Assembly: GCA_030650795.1 (NCBI GenBank)
Contig: JAUSDJ010000031.1
Coordinates: 153,123 to 217,122, forward strand
From: Actinomycetota bacterium
Lineage (GTDB): Bacteria > Actinomycetota > Actinomycetes > S36-B12
Direction: 5' to 3'
DNA length: 64,000 nt
Shown here: piece after piece, positions 15,837 to 24,956 of the stretch
Layout of the letters: each line of letters starts with the position of its first letter
How positions within the stretch are numbered: the first letter of the stretch is position 1
The notes under the pieces: model-generated
The model's input: only the letters and a program-made list of their open reading frames with translations
The model's database searches: none
What the model was told of the DNA's origin: nothing
Translations under genes and position numbers: made by a program

Positions 15837-18715
15837 CAGCCCTAAGTGAGACTGCCGTACTGCTGCTAGCTGTCGCGTCGATGCTGGCGTGCGCGGCGGC
15901 GGTGCTGGCCACGGTGCTGGCCAAGGCATCGCGGACGCGCCGCATGCGCGTGCAGCGGCAGTTGGAGCACGAGATCTCGCGCCTTGAACCCGGGGATGCG
16001 TTCGCCGCTCCAAAGAGCCAAACTCGTGAGGTCCTTGCTGCCTACGTCGATGTGCGTCAGTCCGCGACCCTGTCCCCGCTGACGGTCGAGGGAGTGCGAG
16101 CATGGCTTGTTGACCAGGGCGTGGAGCGGGTACTGATCCGCAAACTCGGTTCGCGGCGTGCCATTCGGCGTGTTGAGGCGGCGACCGCGCTCGGCTACCT
16201 GCCCGGTGACTCGGTGCGGCAGGCTCTTGTCGATGCCCTGGGGCGTGAACAGCGCGACACTGTGCGGCTGCGGATCGCCGTTGCCCTGCATCAGGTGGAC
16301 CCGGATGCGAGCGTGGCGATCCTCTTGGACAGCATCCTGAGCGCGAGCGAGTGGATTGCGGTTCGTGCCAAGGGCTTACTGTTGGAGGCAGGGCGATCGT
16401 TCTACCTCATTGCGCGCACCATGCTCGCGACCACAGAGACGCGTCTCACCGGCATCCTCATCGACTTCGCGGCCGTGTATCCCGCCACGGACCTGCGCGA
16501 TTTCCTCGTTGCCCGCGTATGGTCGAAGGACGCGGACGTCTCCATTCACGCGGCCCAGGCATTGCGGGCTATGTATCCATCGATAATCGCGGACGAGCGT
16601 TACATGGATCACCCGCTCTGGCAGGTGCGGGCCAATGCCTATGGGGCCTTGGCCAGCACACCGAGCCGTCGAACTCTGGAGCGCCTCCTCGCGCGCACAT
16701 CCGATATGGCTCAGGCGAGCTCCTGGGCGCGAGCGACTCCAGATTACGACCTGGAGTTCGCCGAGTTGCAGGTTGCGGCAGCCAATCTCCTGCGCACTCA
16801 GCCGAGCCTTCTGCCGACCGTTGCCGAGGCGTTCGTTTCCACTGACGTCCCCGAGTACCGGAGTGCCCTGGCGTCGCTGCTCTCCTCACGAATCCAGTAC
16901 TACTTCATGCAACTGATTGGCCCCGACGCCGATGCCGCGCGCGCGATCGTGCGCGCGATCGTGGCCTCAGGCAGGAGCAGTGAGCTGATCGGCTTCTTGA
17001 ATCGCAATCGCAATGTGGAGCTCGAGAACGAGGTCCTTGCATGCATCCAGCCCCTGCTTGAAGCAAGTCCGCAACTGGTGCAGGAGCTGGAGTGGTATCT
17101 CGCGCCGAGGATCCTGGACAAGATCGGCCTCGAAGAGCGCAGTCGCGCCACACCGCCAAGAGTGGAGCAACGCGTCAAGTCGAAGATCGTGCGGATGTAC
17201 GCCCTGCTGGTCGTTGCGCTGCTGGCCTTCCCACTTGCGTTCTGGCTGCTCAACCGCTCGGAGTTCGGTGTGCTCTCTCCACTGGACCTGCTGCGCGAGT
17301 ACGTGACCGCGTGGAACTCGGCTCTGCTGGTGTACATCGCTGCGCTGCAGGTGGCGACTCTCGCCATCCTGGTCTTCGCCGTCATCGGCGTGCGTGCGCA
17401 AGCCAGATCCTGGCGGGCCAAGCCGTACTCGCTGCTGTTTCGTCCCAAGGTGCTGCCGTCAGTCTCGATCGTGGCCCCAGCCTTCAATGAGGAGTCGACG
17501 ATCGTTGAGAGCGCGAGTTCCCTGCTGGGCATCCAGTATCCCGATTTTGAGCTAATCATCGTGAATGACGGTTCCCGCGATGCCACCATGGAGCGACTCA
17601 TCGAGCACTTCGAGCTCGAGAAGGTGGATCGCACGATCCCAACGACCCTGGCGACCAAGGCCGTGCGCGGCATCTACGCCAGTCCCGCGGTCCCGCAGCT
17701 GCTCGTGGTTGACAAAGACAATGGAGGCAAGGCCGACTCCCTGAATGCTGGGATCAACATGAGTACCAAGGAGTACTTTTGCGGCATCGATGCAGACTCG
17801 CTGCTCGAGTCCGACTCGATGCTCAAGGTCGCTGCTGGGTGCCTGGATTCGGTCGACGAGATGGTGGCCGCGGGCGGGAACGTGTTCCCGATCAACGGCT
17901 GTACGGTCGAGCGCGGCGCCCTTGTCAAGGTCGGCCTGGCACGCTCGCCATTGGCGCGGTTCCAGACCATCGAGTACATCCGGGCCTTCATGGCAGGTCG
18001 CGTCGGCTGGGCCTATGTGAAGTCGCTCTTGATCATCTCGGGGGCCTTTGGGCTGTTCCGCAAGGAGCGCGTGATCCAGGCGGGCGGGTACTTGACCGAA
18101 TCGGGTCCTTACCGCCAGGACACCGTCGGTGAGGACATGGAATTGGTCGTCCGCCTGCGACGCGAGATGATCGAGTCGGGTATCCCCCACCAGATCAACT
18201 ACGCCTACAACGCAAACTGCTGGACCGAGGTGCCCGAGACCATCTCTACGCTGCATCGTCAGCGCGACCGCTGGCAGCGCGGACTGGTCGACATACAGTT
18301 CCTGCACCGCAGGCTGCTGCTGAACCCGAGATACAAGTCCACCGGTCTTATCGGGATGCCGTACTACTTCGTGTTCGAGCTGTTTGGCCCGTTGATTGAG
18401 GCGCAGGGGTACATCATGCTCATCCTCGCGGCAATCACTGGGCTGCTTGAGCCGGCAATGGCGATTGCGCTGTTCACGACGATCGTGCTCTGGGGAATCC
18501 TCGTCTCGACCCTGTCGCTGTACATCGCGGAACTCCAAACCAGCTATTTCACTCGACGCGAGATCGCCACCATGCTCTGGTACGCAGTCCTGGAGAATTT
18601 TGGCTTCCGGCAGCTCGCGAGCCTGTGGCGCGTCTCGGGGTTCTTCAGTTCACTGCGCCGACCACGAGGGTGGGGTGAGATGCGCCGCAAGGGGTTTGCA
18701 GTTGCCGCCCAGTGA
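15833..18715 (+). CDS. HEAT-repeat domain fused to GT2 processive polysaccharide synthase (PgaC/IcaA/cellulose-synthase-like)
   Basis: ATGA start/stop overlap with the upstream sensor gene. N-terminal TM helix, then about 430 aa of HEAT/PBS-lyase-like repeats (e.g. RRVEAATALGYLPGDSVRQALVDALG). TM pair, then GT2 core (IVNDGSRD, DKDNGGKADSLN, GIDADS, GAFGLFRKE, QRDRWQRG) and C-terminal TM helices. Confidence 0.8.
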   Translation: MTALSETAVLLLAVASMLACAAAVLATVLAKASRTRRMRVQRQLEHEISRLEPGDAFAAPKSQTREVLAAYVDVRQSATLSPLTVEGVRAWLVDQGVERVLIRKLGSRRAIRRVEAATALGYLPGDSVRQALVDALGREQRDTVRLRIAVALHQVDPDASVAILLDSILSASEWIAVRAKGLLLEAGRSFYLIARTMLATTETRLTGILIDFAAVYPATDLRDFLVARVWSKDADVSIHAAQALRAMYPSIIADERYMDHPLWQVRANAYGALASTPSRRTLERLLARTSDMAQASSWARATPDYDLEFAELQVAAANLLRTQPSLLPTVAEAFVSTDVPEYRSALASLLSSRIQYYFMQLIGPDADAARAIVRAIVASGRSSELIGFLNRNRNVELENEVLACIQPLLEASPQLVQELEWYLAPRILDKIGLEERSRATPPRVEQRVKSKIVRMYALLVVALLAFPLAFWLLNRSEFGVLSPLDLLREYVTAWNSALLVYIAALQVATLAILVFAVIGVRAQARSWRAKPYSLLFRPKVLPSVSIVAPAFNEESTIVESASSLLGIQYPDFELIIVNDGSRDATMERLIEHFELEKVDRTIPTTLATKAVRGIYASPAVPQLLVVDKDNGGKADSLNAGINMSTKEYFCGIDADSLLESDSMLKVAAGCLDSVDEMVAAGGNVFPINGCTVERGALVKVGLARSPLARFQTIEYIRAFMAGRVGWAYVKSLLIISGAFGLFRKERVIQAGGYLTESGPYRQDTVGEDMELVVRLRREMIESGIPHQINYAYNANCWTEVPETISTLHRQRDRWQRGLVDIQFLHRRLLLNPRYKSTGLIGMPYYFVFELFGPLIEAQGYIMLILAAITGLLEPAMAIALFTTIVLWGILVSTLSLYIAELQTSYFTRREIATMLWYAVLENFGFRQLASLWRVSGFFSSLRRPRGWGEMRRKGFAVAAQ

Positions 18716-18793
18716 GCGACAGTCGAGCTTTGGTGAGTGCTTCGTGTGCGATGTATGGACAGATCGGAAGTGGCGAGGGTCAGCACCCTGTAA

Positions 18794-20047
18794 TCAACGG
18801 GACATTATTTGCACTAGACGCTCCGCAGTGGTTTCCAGGCCCCACCGCTCAACTGCAGTCTTCCTTGCGGCCTGGGCGACCCGATCATGGATCGGCGAAG
18901 GTAGTGCGACGATTTCTCGCATCTTCGTGGCGAGATCTCGAACGTCGCCAACACGAAAGCGCGTGAGATGGGCTTGCGCTGTTGGATAGTTTTCGGATAG
19001 TCCCATTGCGACCTCAGCCAGTCCGGCATGAAACGCGACCAATGGAGGCGAACCGCACGCTGCCGCTTCCGCGGCAACCAAGCCGAAGGCCTCGGGAAGC
19101 ACCGACGGCACGACGCTGACTGTCGCCAAGGGCCACAGATGCGCAAGATGACGGTGACCCAGGGGTCCAGTGAACAGGACAGATGATCCGCACTCTGCCT
19201 CAAGTTCCTCGCGAAGCGGCCCGAAGCCCGCAATGACAGCCCGCGCTGGAACATCGAGAAGGGCTCGCATCAGCAGGTCAACACCTTTTTCTTTGCTTAG
19301 CTTTCCCACGTACACAACCGTTGGTTGCTGGTCGGAAAGGAACGCAGTGAGACGGTCGGCGTTACCAGGATCGGGTAAGCGGTAGTTGGATCGATTGCTG
19401 TTTGGCGGGTCCAACTGACATTGAGCAATCAACGATGTTAACGCCTCATCCGGGCTCTGCGGATGAAGTCGCTGGGTGTCGACTCCGGGCGCCACCACAT
19501 GCACGTTGTGTTCGTAGTCGCCAGGACCAACGACCTCGCGCAGCCGGTGAACGATATGTAATGATCCCGCAATAACCGCGTGGGCTTGGCGTAGTGACGC
19601 AACGGCCCACTGGATGAGTTCCGGGTTGCCGCTCATGGCGAATTCAAGTTCAGATCCGTGGACCATCACAGCGAAAGGCAACCCAGACGCCGCACCCACG
19701 GGAGCCCCCATTAGCAGATGGTTGGTGATCAGGAAATCGGCCGGACCTTGAAGCCTGATCACCTCCGCAGCTTGTTGGACGAAGTGTTCGCGCTCCTCAG
19801 AGGCGAAATCCTGGAGGAGCCGCGGCGTCATGTCGGAGTACTGATCGAGGACAAACACCGGAAGGTCGCCATCCATCGGTGGGCGCACCGCGCGTGCTCC
19901 GCCGAGGTCGAACCGAGCCGGATCCGCGTCCTGACTCAAAACGGTCACGTCATGACCCTGGCTGCTCAGCTCACGGGCAATCGATTGGGTGAAAATGTTC
20001 GAACCCGTGCCATCCAGCAAATAGCCATGCCAGATCAAAATCCTCAC
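18794..20047 (-). CDS. glycosyltransferase family 4
   Basis: MRILIWHGYLLDGTGSNIFTQSIARELSSQGHDVTVL start and C-terminal VVPSVLPEAFGLVAAEAAACGSPPLV (EX7E-like motif). Confidence 0.8.
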   Translation of the reverse strand: MRILIWHGYLLDGTGSNIFTQSIARELSSQGHDVTVLSQDADPARFDLGGARAVRPPMDGDLPVFVLDQYSDMTPRLLQDFASEEREHFVQQAAEVIRLQGPADFLITNHLLMGAPVGAASGLPFAVMVHGSELEFAMSGNPELIQWAVASLRQAHAVIAGSLHIVHRLREVVGPGDYEHNVHVVAPGVDTQRLHPQSPDEALTSLIAQCQLDPPNSNRSNYRLPDPGNADRLTAFLSDQQPTVVYVGKLSKEKGVDLLMRALLDVPARAVIAGFGPLREELEAECGSSVLFTGPLGHRHLAHLWPLATVSVVPSVLPEAFGLVAAEAAACGSPPLVAFHAGLAEVAMGLSENYPTAQAHLTRFRVGDVRDLATKMREIVALPSPIHDRVAQAARKTAVERWGLETTAERLVQIMSR

Positions 20048-20393
20048 TGAACGAGCCCCCTAACATCACGCCCGAGCGGGTTGGGGCTACCTGCACCGTA
20101 GCCCCCATTTCAAAGTTTTTGACTTTGCTCCGGCTTCCCGGACACCGATGAGCAGGACACGATGGGGTTTCGGAAGGAGAACGTACCCCTGTGAATACTC
20201 CGTTGGAGTTGCGCCGTAGGTCGCGGGTGTAGGCGAAGTACTCGCATTGGTCTCAAGCGCGAGGAACGACTGATGCATACTCGCGCAATCGTGAAAGCCT
20301 ACGCGGATCTGGTCAACCAGAATTTCGGTGGCGTGATCAACAAAGACAACCCGTCCGGAAACCGGGAGATAGTCAGGCTCCTAATTTGAGTGG

Positions 20394-21191
20394 CTAGTTC
20401 TGGCAGACCTTTTCGATGGCTTTTATCCCCTCAATATCGCCGCTTCCGATCTGCCGATCGACCGGCAAATTGGTATCTAGGTACCTGAACATGACATTGC
20501 TGGGATCGTCGCTGTCTGCAAGACCCAGTGCGTGGCCAAGTTCATGCATGAAGAGCAATCGACGGTCGAAACTGTTTGTTCTGACTAGATAGTCCGTGCT
20601 GACTGCGATATAGCCATTGACGATCTCCTTGCTGCCTGCAAACACTCGACTTGGCGATCCATACCCGACGACGTTCTTTGTGATGATCGACGATTTCGAG
20701 TCGGGAACAAAGTACACGGCAATATTGCGACTAATGTCCTTGACGGGCTTGACCGTGGTGGTCGCATCGTTGTAGGAGACCGCTAGTTCTCCACCATCGG
20801 CAAAGGTCAGCCCCGATGCCTTCGCCCAAGCATCGAAGGCCGCCCCAAGGTCGGGGCGCACGACGGCTGCCTGTTTAGGTGTCAGGTTCGACGTGTCCGT
20901 CGTCCACGAGATGGGAGCCGAGCAGGTGGCCCAACCACTGCCAGCGAATGCCGCATCGGTGTAGATGGAGCCCACACGGGTTGTCCCCCACGCAAGCACG
21001 CTCGTGGCTGCGACGGCTGCAATCGTGCACAACACGGTTATCAATGGGCGCCGCCGATAGGTGAGACGGTAGTGGCGTTCGTATTTGAACCATGTCCGCC
21101 GGCGAGTAATACCGTCATCGAAATAGTCACGCGCACGGCGCAATGGGTGACTCGGATTCCTCCGCTCGTGGCCCAGCGGTGACTCAGACAT
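20394..21191 (-). CDS. membrane-anchored zinc metalloprotease (matrixin/snapalysin-like, HEXXHXXGXXD)
   Basis: HELGHALGLADSDDPSNVMF zinc-binding motif with Asp as third ligand and a Met-turn candidate. N-terminal TM helix LITVLCTIAAVAATSVLAWG. Confidence 0.65.
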   Translation of the reverse strand: MSESPLGHERRNPSHPLRRARDYFDDGITRRRTWFKYERHYRLTYRRRPLITVLCTIAAVAATSVLAWGTTRVGSIYTDAAFAGSGWATCSAPISWTTDTSNLTPKQAAVVRPDLGAAFDAWAKASGLTFADGGELAVSYNDATTTVKPVKDISRNIAVYFVPDSKSSIITKNVVGYGSPSRVFAGSKEIVNGYIAVSTDYLVRTNSFDRRLLFMHELGHALGLADSDDPSNVMFRYLDTNLPVDRQIGSGDIEGIKAIEKVCQN

Positions 21192-21728
21192 CTCGCCTCC
21201 TCAAGGTCAGGCTACGCCACTGCATGAGTTCAAATCTGGATCTTTGCCGCAAAGTGGCTCGGACGGTGTTGAGCACCTGCATTTAGGAGATTAGCAATGC
21301 GAGCGGGACGAGGAGTTCTCCGTCTTGCGCGAACTGGGCGTGGCAAGCAGCCCTCATATCGACACGACGAAGTACTTCGGTATCGCCTTACCGAGATTGG
21401 GCTTCCTTGACGAGGGAGAATTGCCGCGTCAATTGTCCAGATCGTGGACGATGCTCAAGATTGCCGTCACATGGCGATGGCTGTAGAAATTCGAAGTCGT
21501 ACGGGGGCAATTGGTCGGCGAATCAGCTGACGCTATTCATGGATTTTGGCAGGCAGTTGAGCGAATACGGCGACCGAAGACTGCGTCCGCATGCTGCGTA
21601 CCACCAGGTGCGTGGACACTCGTGACGCCTAGGTCCATTTCGGACATTGCTCTGTGCCGCAGTCCATTGAGTCATCATTCTGACTAGCATGAGTGGCCTA
21701 CTGATTAGCTTAATTTGGAGGCCACCAT

Positions 21729-23438
21729 GTGCGTCATGTTCCACGCGCTTCTGATGAGTCGCACGTCACGGAGCTGTTGACGATCATGCAACGCGGGAGC
21801 GGAGGCGGGCTCTATGACCCGTCGGAGAAGCCCGTCGAACTTGACGATGGAGTCTGGTGGGTCGGAGTGCGGCTTTTCGACAACACTTTCCAATGTCATG
21901 CGTACCTCATTGAAAACGGCACGGATTCGGTGCTGATCGACCCGGGTTCCAATGTCACGATTGATGGTGTCCTGGCGAAGGTTCGACAAGTCATGCCACT
22001 GGAGAACATCAAATATCTCGTGTGTCATCACGCCGACCCGGACGTGTGCTCATCACTGCACGATCTGACTGGCATTCTCAAGCGTGACGACGTCCAGGTC
22101 ATCACTGAGTGGCGAGCACGGGAATTACTTGACCATTACGGTCACCGGTTTCCGTACTACCTGCTTGAGGACCACGCTTGGCGCCTTCCGCTCGCAGGCG
22201 ATCGCGAACTCCAGTTCCAACTCACCCCGTACCTACATTTTCCCGGAGCTTTCGTAAGTTTCGACACGCACACCCGTACCCTCTTCTCGGCTGATCTGTT
22301 CGGCGGCTTCGTTCCGGATTCCAATATTCTCATCGGGACCGATCTTGAATACATTCTCGAGGCGGCTCGCCCATTCCATCAGCACTACATGCCGAGCCGT
22401 CAACTGCTTGAATTGGGGCTCACTCGCATCCAGCAGCACTGGCCAAACATTGCTCGCATAGCGCCGCAGCATGGGCACGTCATCGAAGGCGAACTCGTGC
22501 AGCCGGCCTTCGAGGGGCTCAAGCAGTTGGAGTGCGGAATCTTTACTCTCTCCGACGCGGATCTTGATCTTCAACACCTCATGCGCCTGAGCGAAAGCAG
22601 GGCGCACATCCTGCAAGCACTGCTCGAAGCACATTCCCCCAGGGATCTCGTTGCACACATCAACCGAATCCTTCATGACATTCAAATTGCTGCTCAAGTC
22701 GTCCTTCGGCTCTTCCTGCCAGACGAACGCCAGTGGGTGGAATGGGGGGTCGAGGGCGCCAAGACAGTGCACAGTGGGACGCATCGAGGTTGGACCACGA
22801 TCCCGCTAGACGGCATGCCTAAGGCGAATCTCCTAGTAAGCGGGCGCGACGGTGACCCGCTCGACAAAGACTTCACATCGATGCTGGATGCGATGGCGGC
22901 AATCATTCGCCCAACGGTCGAGCAGTATCTGGCCGAGCGGCGACTCCACCAAGAGGCTGAGACCGACCAGTTGACGGGGTTGGGAAATCGTCGAGCGCTG
23001 GAACTGGTCATCCCGGCGGATCGCTACTGTGTCGTGGCAATGGACGTGGATCACTTCAAGCGAGTCAACGACGAATTCGGGCATCCGACTGGGGATCGAG
23101 TGCTGCAAAGGGTTTCCGCGGCTGTTCGCAATACGGCCCGATCCGGGGATGGGGTATTTCGCACTGGAGGTGAGGAGTTCCTTGTCTATTTGCCTAGGGC
23201 GACAAAGGAAGCGGCTTTTCGCGCGGCCGAGCGCATTCGCGCTGCTGTGTCATCCCTCGATCTCACAGGTGAGGCTCCTGGAGGCCACGTCACTCTCAGC
23301 GCTGGCATCGCCGAACTTGAGCGCAGTGATGCCGGTCGCCTCGACGACGTCATGTTGCATGCAGACGAGGCGCTCTATCGAGCCAAGCGTGGAGGACGCA
23401 ACCAAATATCGGTCTACCCGACCACGACGCCGAACTGA
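21729..23438 (+). CDS. di-iron (FDP/ODP-like) sensor diguanylate cyclase (intact GGEEF and I-site)
   Basis: GGAGG 7 nt before GTG 21729. CHHADPD, LHFPGA, LFSADLFG and APQHGHVI motifs are paralogous to ORF 13806. C-terminal GGDEF domain has VAMDVDHFKRVNDEFGH and RSGDGVFRTGGEEF. Confidence 0.85.
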   Translation: MRHVPRASDESHVTELLTIMQRGSGGGLYDPSEKPVELDDGVWWVGVRLFDNTFQCHAYLIENGTDSVLIDPGSNVTIDGVLAKVRQVMPLENIKYLVCHHADPDVCSSLHDLTGILKRDDVQVITEWRARELLDHYGHRFPYYLLEDHAWRLPLAGDRELQFQLTPYLHFPGAFVSFDTHTRTLFSADLFGGFVPDSNILIGTDLEYILEAARPFHQHYMPSRQLLELGLTRIQQHWPNIARIAPQHGHVIEGELVQPAFEGLKQLECGIFTLSDADLDLQHLMRLSESRAHILQALLEAHSPRDLVAHINRILHDIQIAAQVVLRLFLPDERQWVEWGVEGAKTVHSGTHRGWTTIPLDGMPKANLLVSGRDGDPLDKDFTSMLDAMAAIIRPTVEQYLAERRLHQEAETDQLTGLGNRRALELVIPADRYCVVAMDVDHFKRVNDEFGHPTGDRVLQRVSAAVRNTARSGDGVFRTGGEEFLVYLPRATKEAAFRAAERIRAAVSSLDLTGEAPGGHVTLSAGIAELERSDAGRLDDVMLHADEALYRAKRGGRNQISVYPTTTPN

Positions 23439-23635
23439 TAGTTGAGACGGCAATGCGCCGCAGAACCTTCCGCTCCGAATCTCATGCCGCACGCGTGAGG
23501 ACCTTGGCCGAAAGCACGGCTTTACCAGCGGGTATTGGCTGATCGCACAGCGAAATTTTGGTGATCGCAATTTCGAGTCCAACTAAGTGGGTTCAGTTCA
23601 GTTTCTGCGCTGGGGCCTTCAATATGCAAGCAGCG

Positions 23636-24490
23636 TCAGCTAGCAGTAAGACGCTCAGCCGAGTCAACAACATTGGCCAGCAGCATGGCTCGCGTCATGG
23701 GGCCGACGCCGCCCGGATTTGGCGCAAAGAAGTCAGCGACTTCCATGACATCAGGATGAATGTCGCCAACAAGACCTGCATCGGTGCGGGTGATGCCAAC
23801 GTCTAACACCGTAGCTCCCGTGCGAACGAGATCGGGAGTGATCATGTGTGGTACGCCAGCTGCCGCAACGATGATGTCGGCCTGACGAAGAAAGGCGCCA
23901 ACTTCACGCGTTCCCGTATGACAAAGGGTCACCGTTGAGTTCTCCGAACGACGAGTCAGCAGCAGGCCAAGCGGACGACCCACCGTGATGCCACGGCCAA
24001 CGACAACAACATGCGCGCCTTCAATTTCGACCGCATACGTGCGAAGCAACTCAACGATGCCGCGTGGAGTGCAGGGCAGCGGTGCGGCAACTCCTAGAAC
24101 GAGGCGGCCAAGGCTCATCGGGTGCAAACCATCGGCATCCTTCAGCGGATCCATCAGCTCAAGCACGCGATTGGCGTCCAGATGCTTGGGCAGCGGCAAC
24201 TGCACGATGTAGCCTGTCACAGCTGGATCCAAGTTCAGCCGAAGGATTTCCGACTCCAGCTCAGCCTGCGTAGTTGAGGCAGGAAGGTCAACGCGGACCG
24301 AGGCGATGCCCACTTCCTGGCAATCTCGGTGCTTGCCGCGCACATATGTCTGACTGCCTGGATCATCACCCACGAGAACAGTGCCTAACCCAGGAGTGAT
24401 CCCACGGGCGCGCAGAGCATCGACCCGTATCTTCAGTTCGCCTTTGATTCGTGCCGAGGTTGCCTTGCCATCCAGTATCTGTGCGGTCAC
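23636..24490 (-). CDS. folD: bifunctional methylenetetrahydrofolate dehydrogenase / methenyltetrahydrofolate cyclohydrolase
   Basis: Full-length match to the FolD pattern: [10 protein letters not shown]..., [37 protein letters not shown]. Confidence 0.95.
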   Translation of the reverse strand: MTAQILDGKATSARIKGELKIRVDALRARGITPGLGTVLVGDDPGSQTYVRGKHRDCQEVGIASVRVDLPASTTQAELESEILRLNLDPAVTGYIVQLPLPKHLDANRVLELMDPLKDADGLHPMSLGRLVLGVAAPLPCTPRGIVELLRTYAVEIEGAHVVVVGRGITVGRPLGLLLTRRSENSTVTLCHTGTREVGAFLRQADIIVAAAGVPHMITPDLVRTGATVLDVGITRTDAGLVGDIHPDVMEVADFFAPNPGGVGPMTRAMLLANVVDSAERLTAS

Positions 24491-24638
24491 GGGGCGATCC
24501 TCTCACTCAGCAATGCCCTACGACGCGGCCCACGTCCACAGCACAGCCACAAGTGCTGTCGCCCGCACTTCGATCTTTCTAGCCTCCACAAATGATCCGG
24601 GAACTCCAAGATTGCCCAATTGCAAGTCCACCAACAAA

Positions 24639-24655
24639 GGTATACTTTCTATACC
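24639..24655 (+). promoter_or_regulatory. palindromic putative BrnA operator in the brnTA promoter region
   Basis: GGTATA-CTTTC-TATACC perfect inverted repeat 20 nt upstream of the brnT ATG. TTGCAA (24620-24625) and TATACT (24641-24646) are candidate -35 and -10 hexamers, though the 15-nt spacing is short. Confidence 0.3.
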
Positions 24656-24674
24656 CCAGAGCCGGGTTTCTGGG

Positions 24675-24956
24675 ATGAATCTGAGATTTGAGTTCGACGC
24701 GGTCAAGAGCAAGCGCAACAAATTCAAGCACGGGATCGATTTCGTCGAAGCGCAAGAGCTATGGGAGGACGACAATCTCATTGCGAGTGTGACGGACTTC
24801 GAAGGCGAGGTCCGATTCACCGTAATCGGAGTCGCGGATAGCCGCCATTGGACGGCGGTCATCACCTACCGCCACGCAGCAGTTCGCATCATCTCGGTGC
24901 GCAGAGCAAGAAGACAGGAGGTAGAAGCATATGAAGCCCAAGCGCATCACGGCTGA
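24675..24956 (+). CDS. brnT: BrnT family ribonuclease toxin
   Basis: MNLRFEFDAVKSKRNKFKHGIDFVEAQELWED ... RIISVRRARRQEVEAYE matches the BrnT pattern (FxWDxxKxxxNxxKHGxxFxEA, RIISARxA). The long upstream extension in the ORF track overlaps folD and is rejected. Confidence 0.8.
   Translation: MNLRFEFDAVKSKRNKFKHGIDFVEAQELWEDDNLIASVTDFEGEVRFTVIGVADSRHWTAVITYRHAAVRIISVRRARRQEVEAYEAQAHHG

Noticed and set aside
16900-18538. Minus-strand ORFs of 257 and 328 aa inside the HEAT-GT2 gene.
   Set aside because: Antisense to a gene with unambiguous GT2 motifs. The translations are Arg/Ser-rich with no motifs.
20083-20105. GGGGCTAC-n7-GTAGCCCC hairpin in the GT4/protease intergenic region.
   Set aside because: No co-directional gene ends nearby and the T-run is not adjacent to the stem, so it is not called as a terminator.
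20273-20389. 38-aa ORF (MHTRAIVKAYADLVNQNFGGVINKDNPSGNREIVRLLI) in the same intergenic region.
   Set aside because: Too short, no SD, and no recognisable family. It could be a gene fragment but is unsupported.
21297-21407. 36-aa basic ORF with an AGGAG SD in the protease/cyclase spacer.
   Set aside because: The composition looks random and there is no conservation evidence. It is mentioned only in the context of the long spacer.
24491-24674. Possible ZTP (pfl) riboswitch upstream of folD. The same check was made upstream of purN at 28391-28491.
   Set aside because: Read on the minus strand, neither leader shows the conserved CCGCCTGGGC-type 3' element or the GGGTCGTGAC-like 5' core that I remember. 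Only generic hairpins are present.
24381-24674. N-terminal 98-aa extension of the brnT ORF.
   Set aside because: It overlaps folD antisense and the folD leader. The BrnT family begins at the MNLRFEFD Met (24675).
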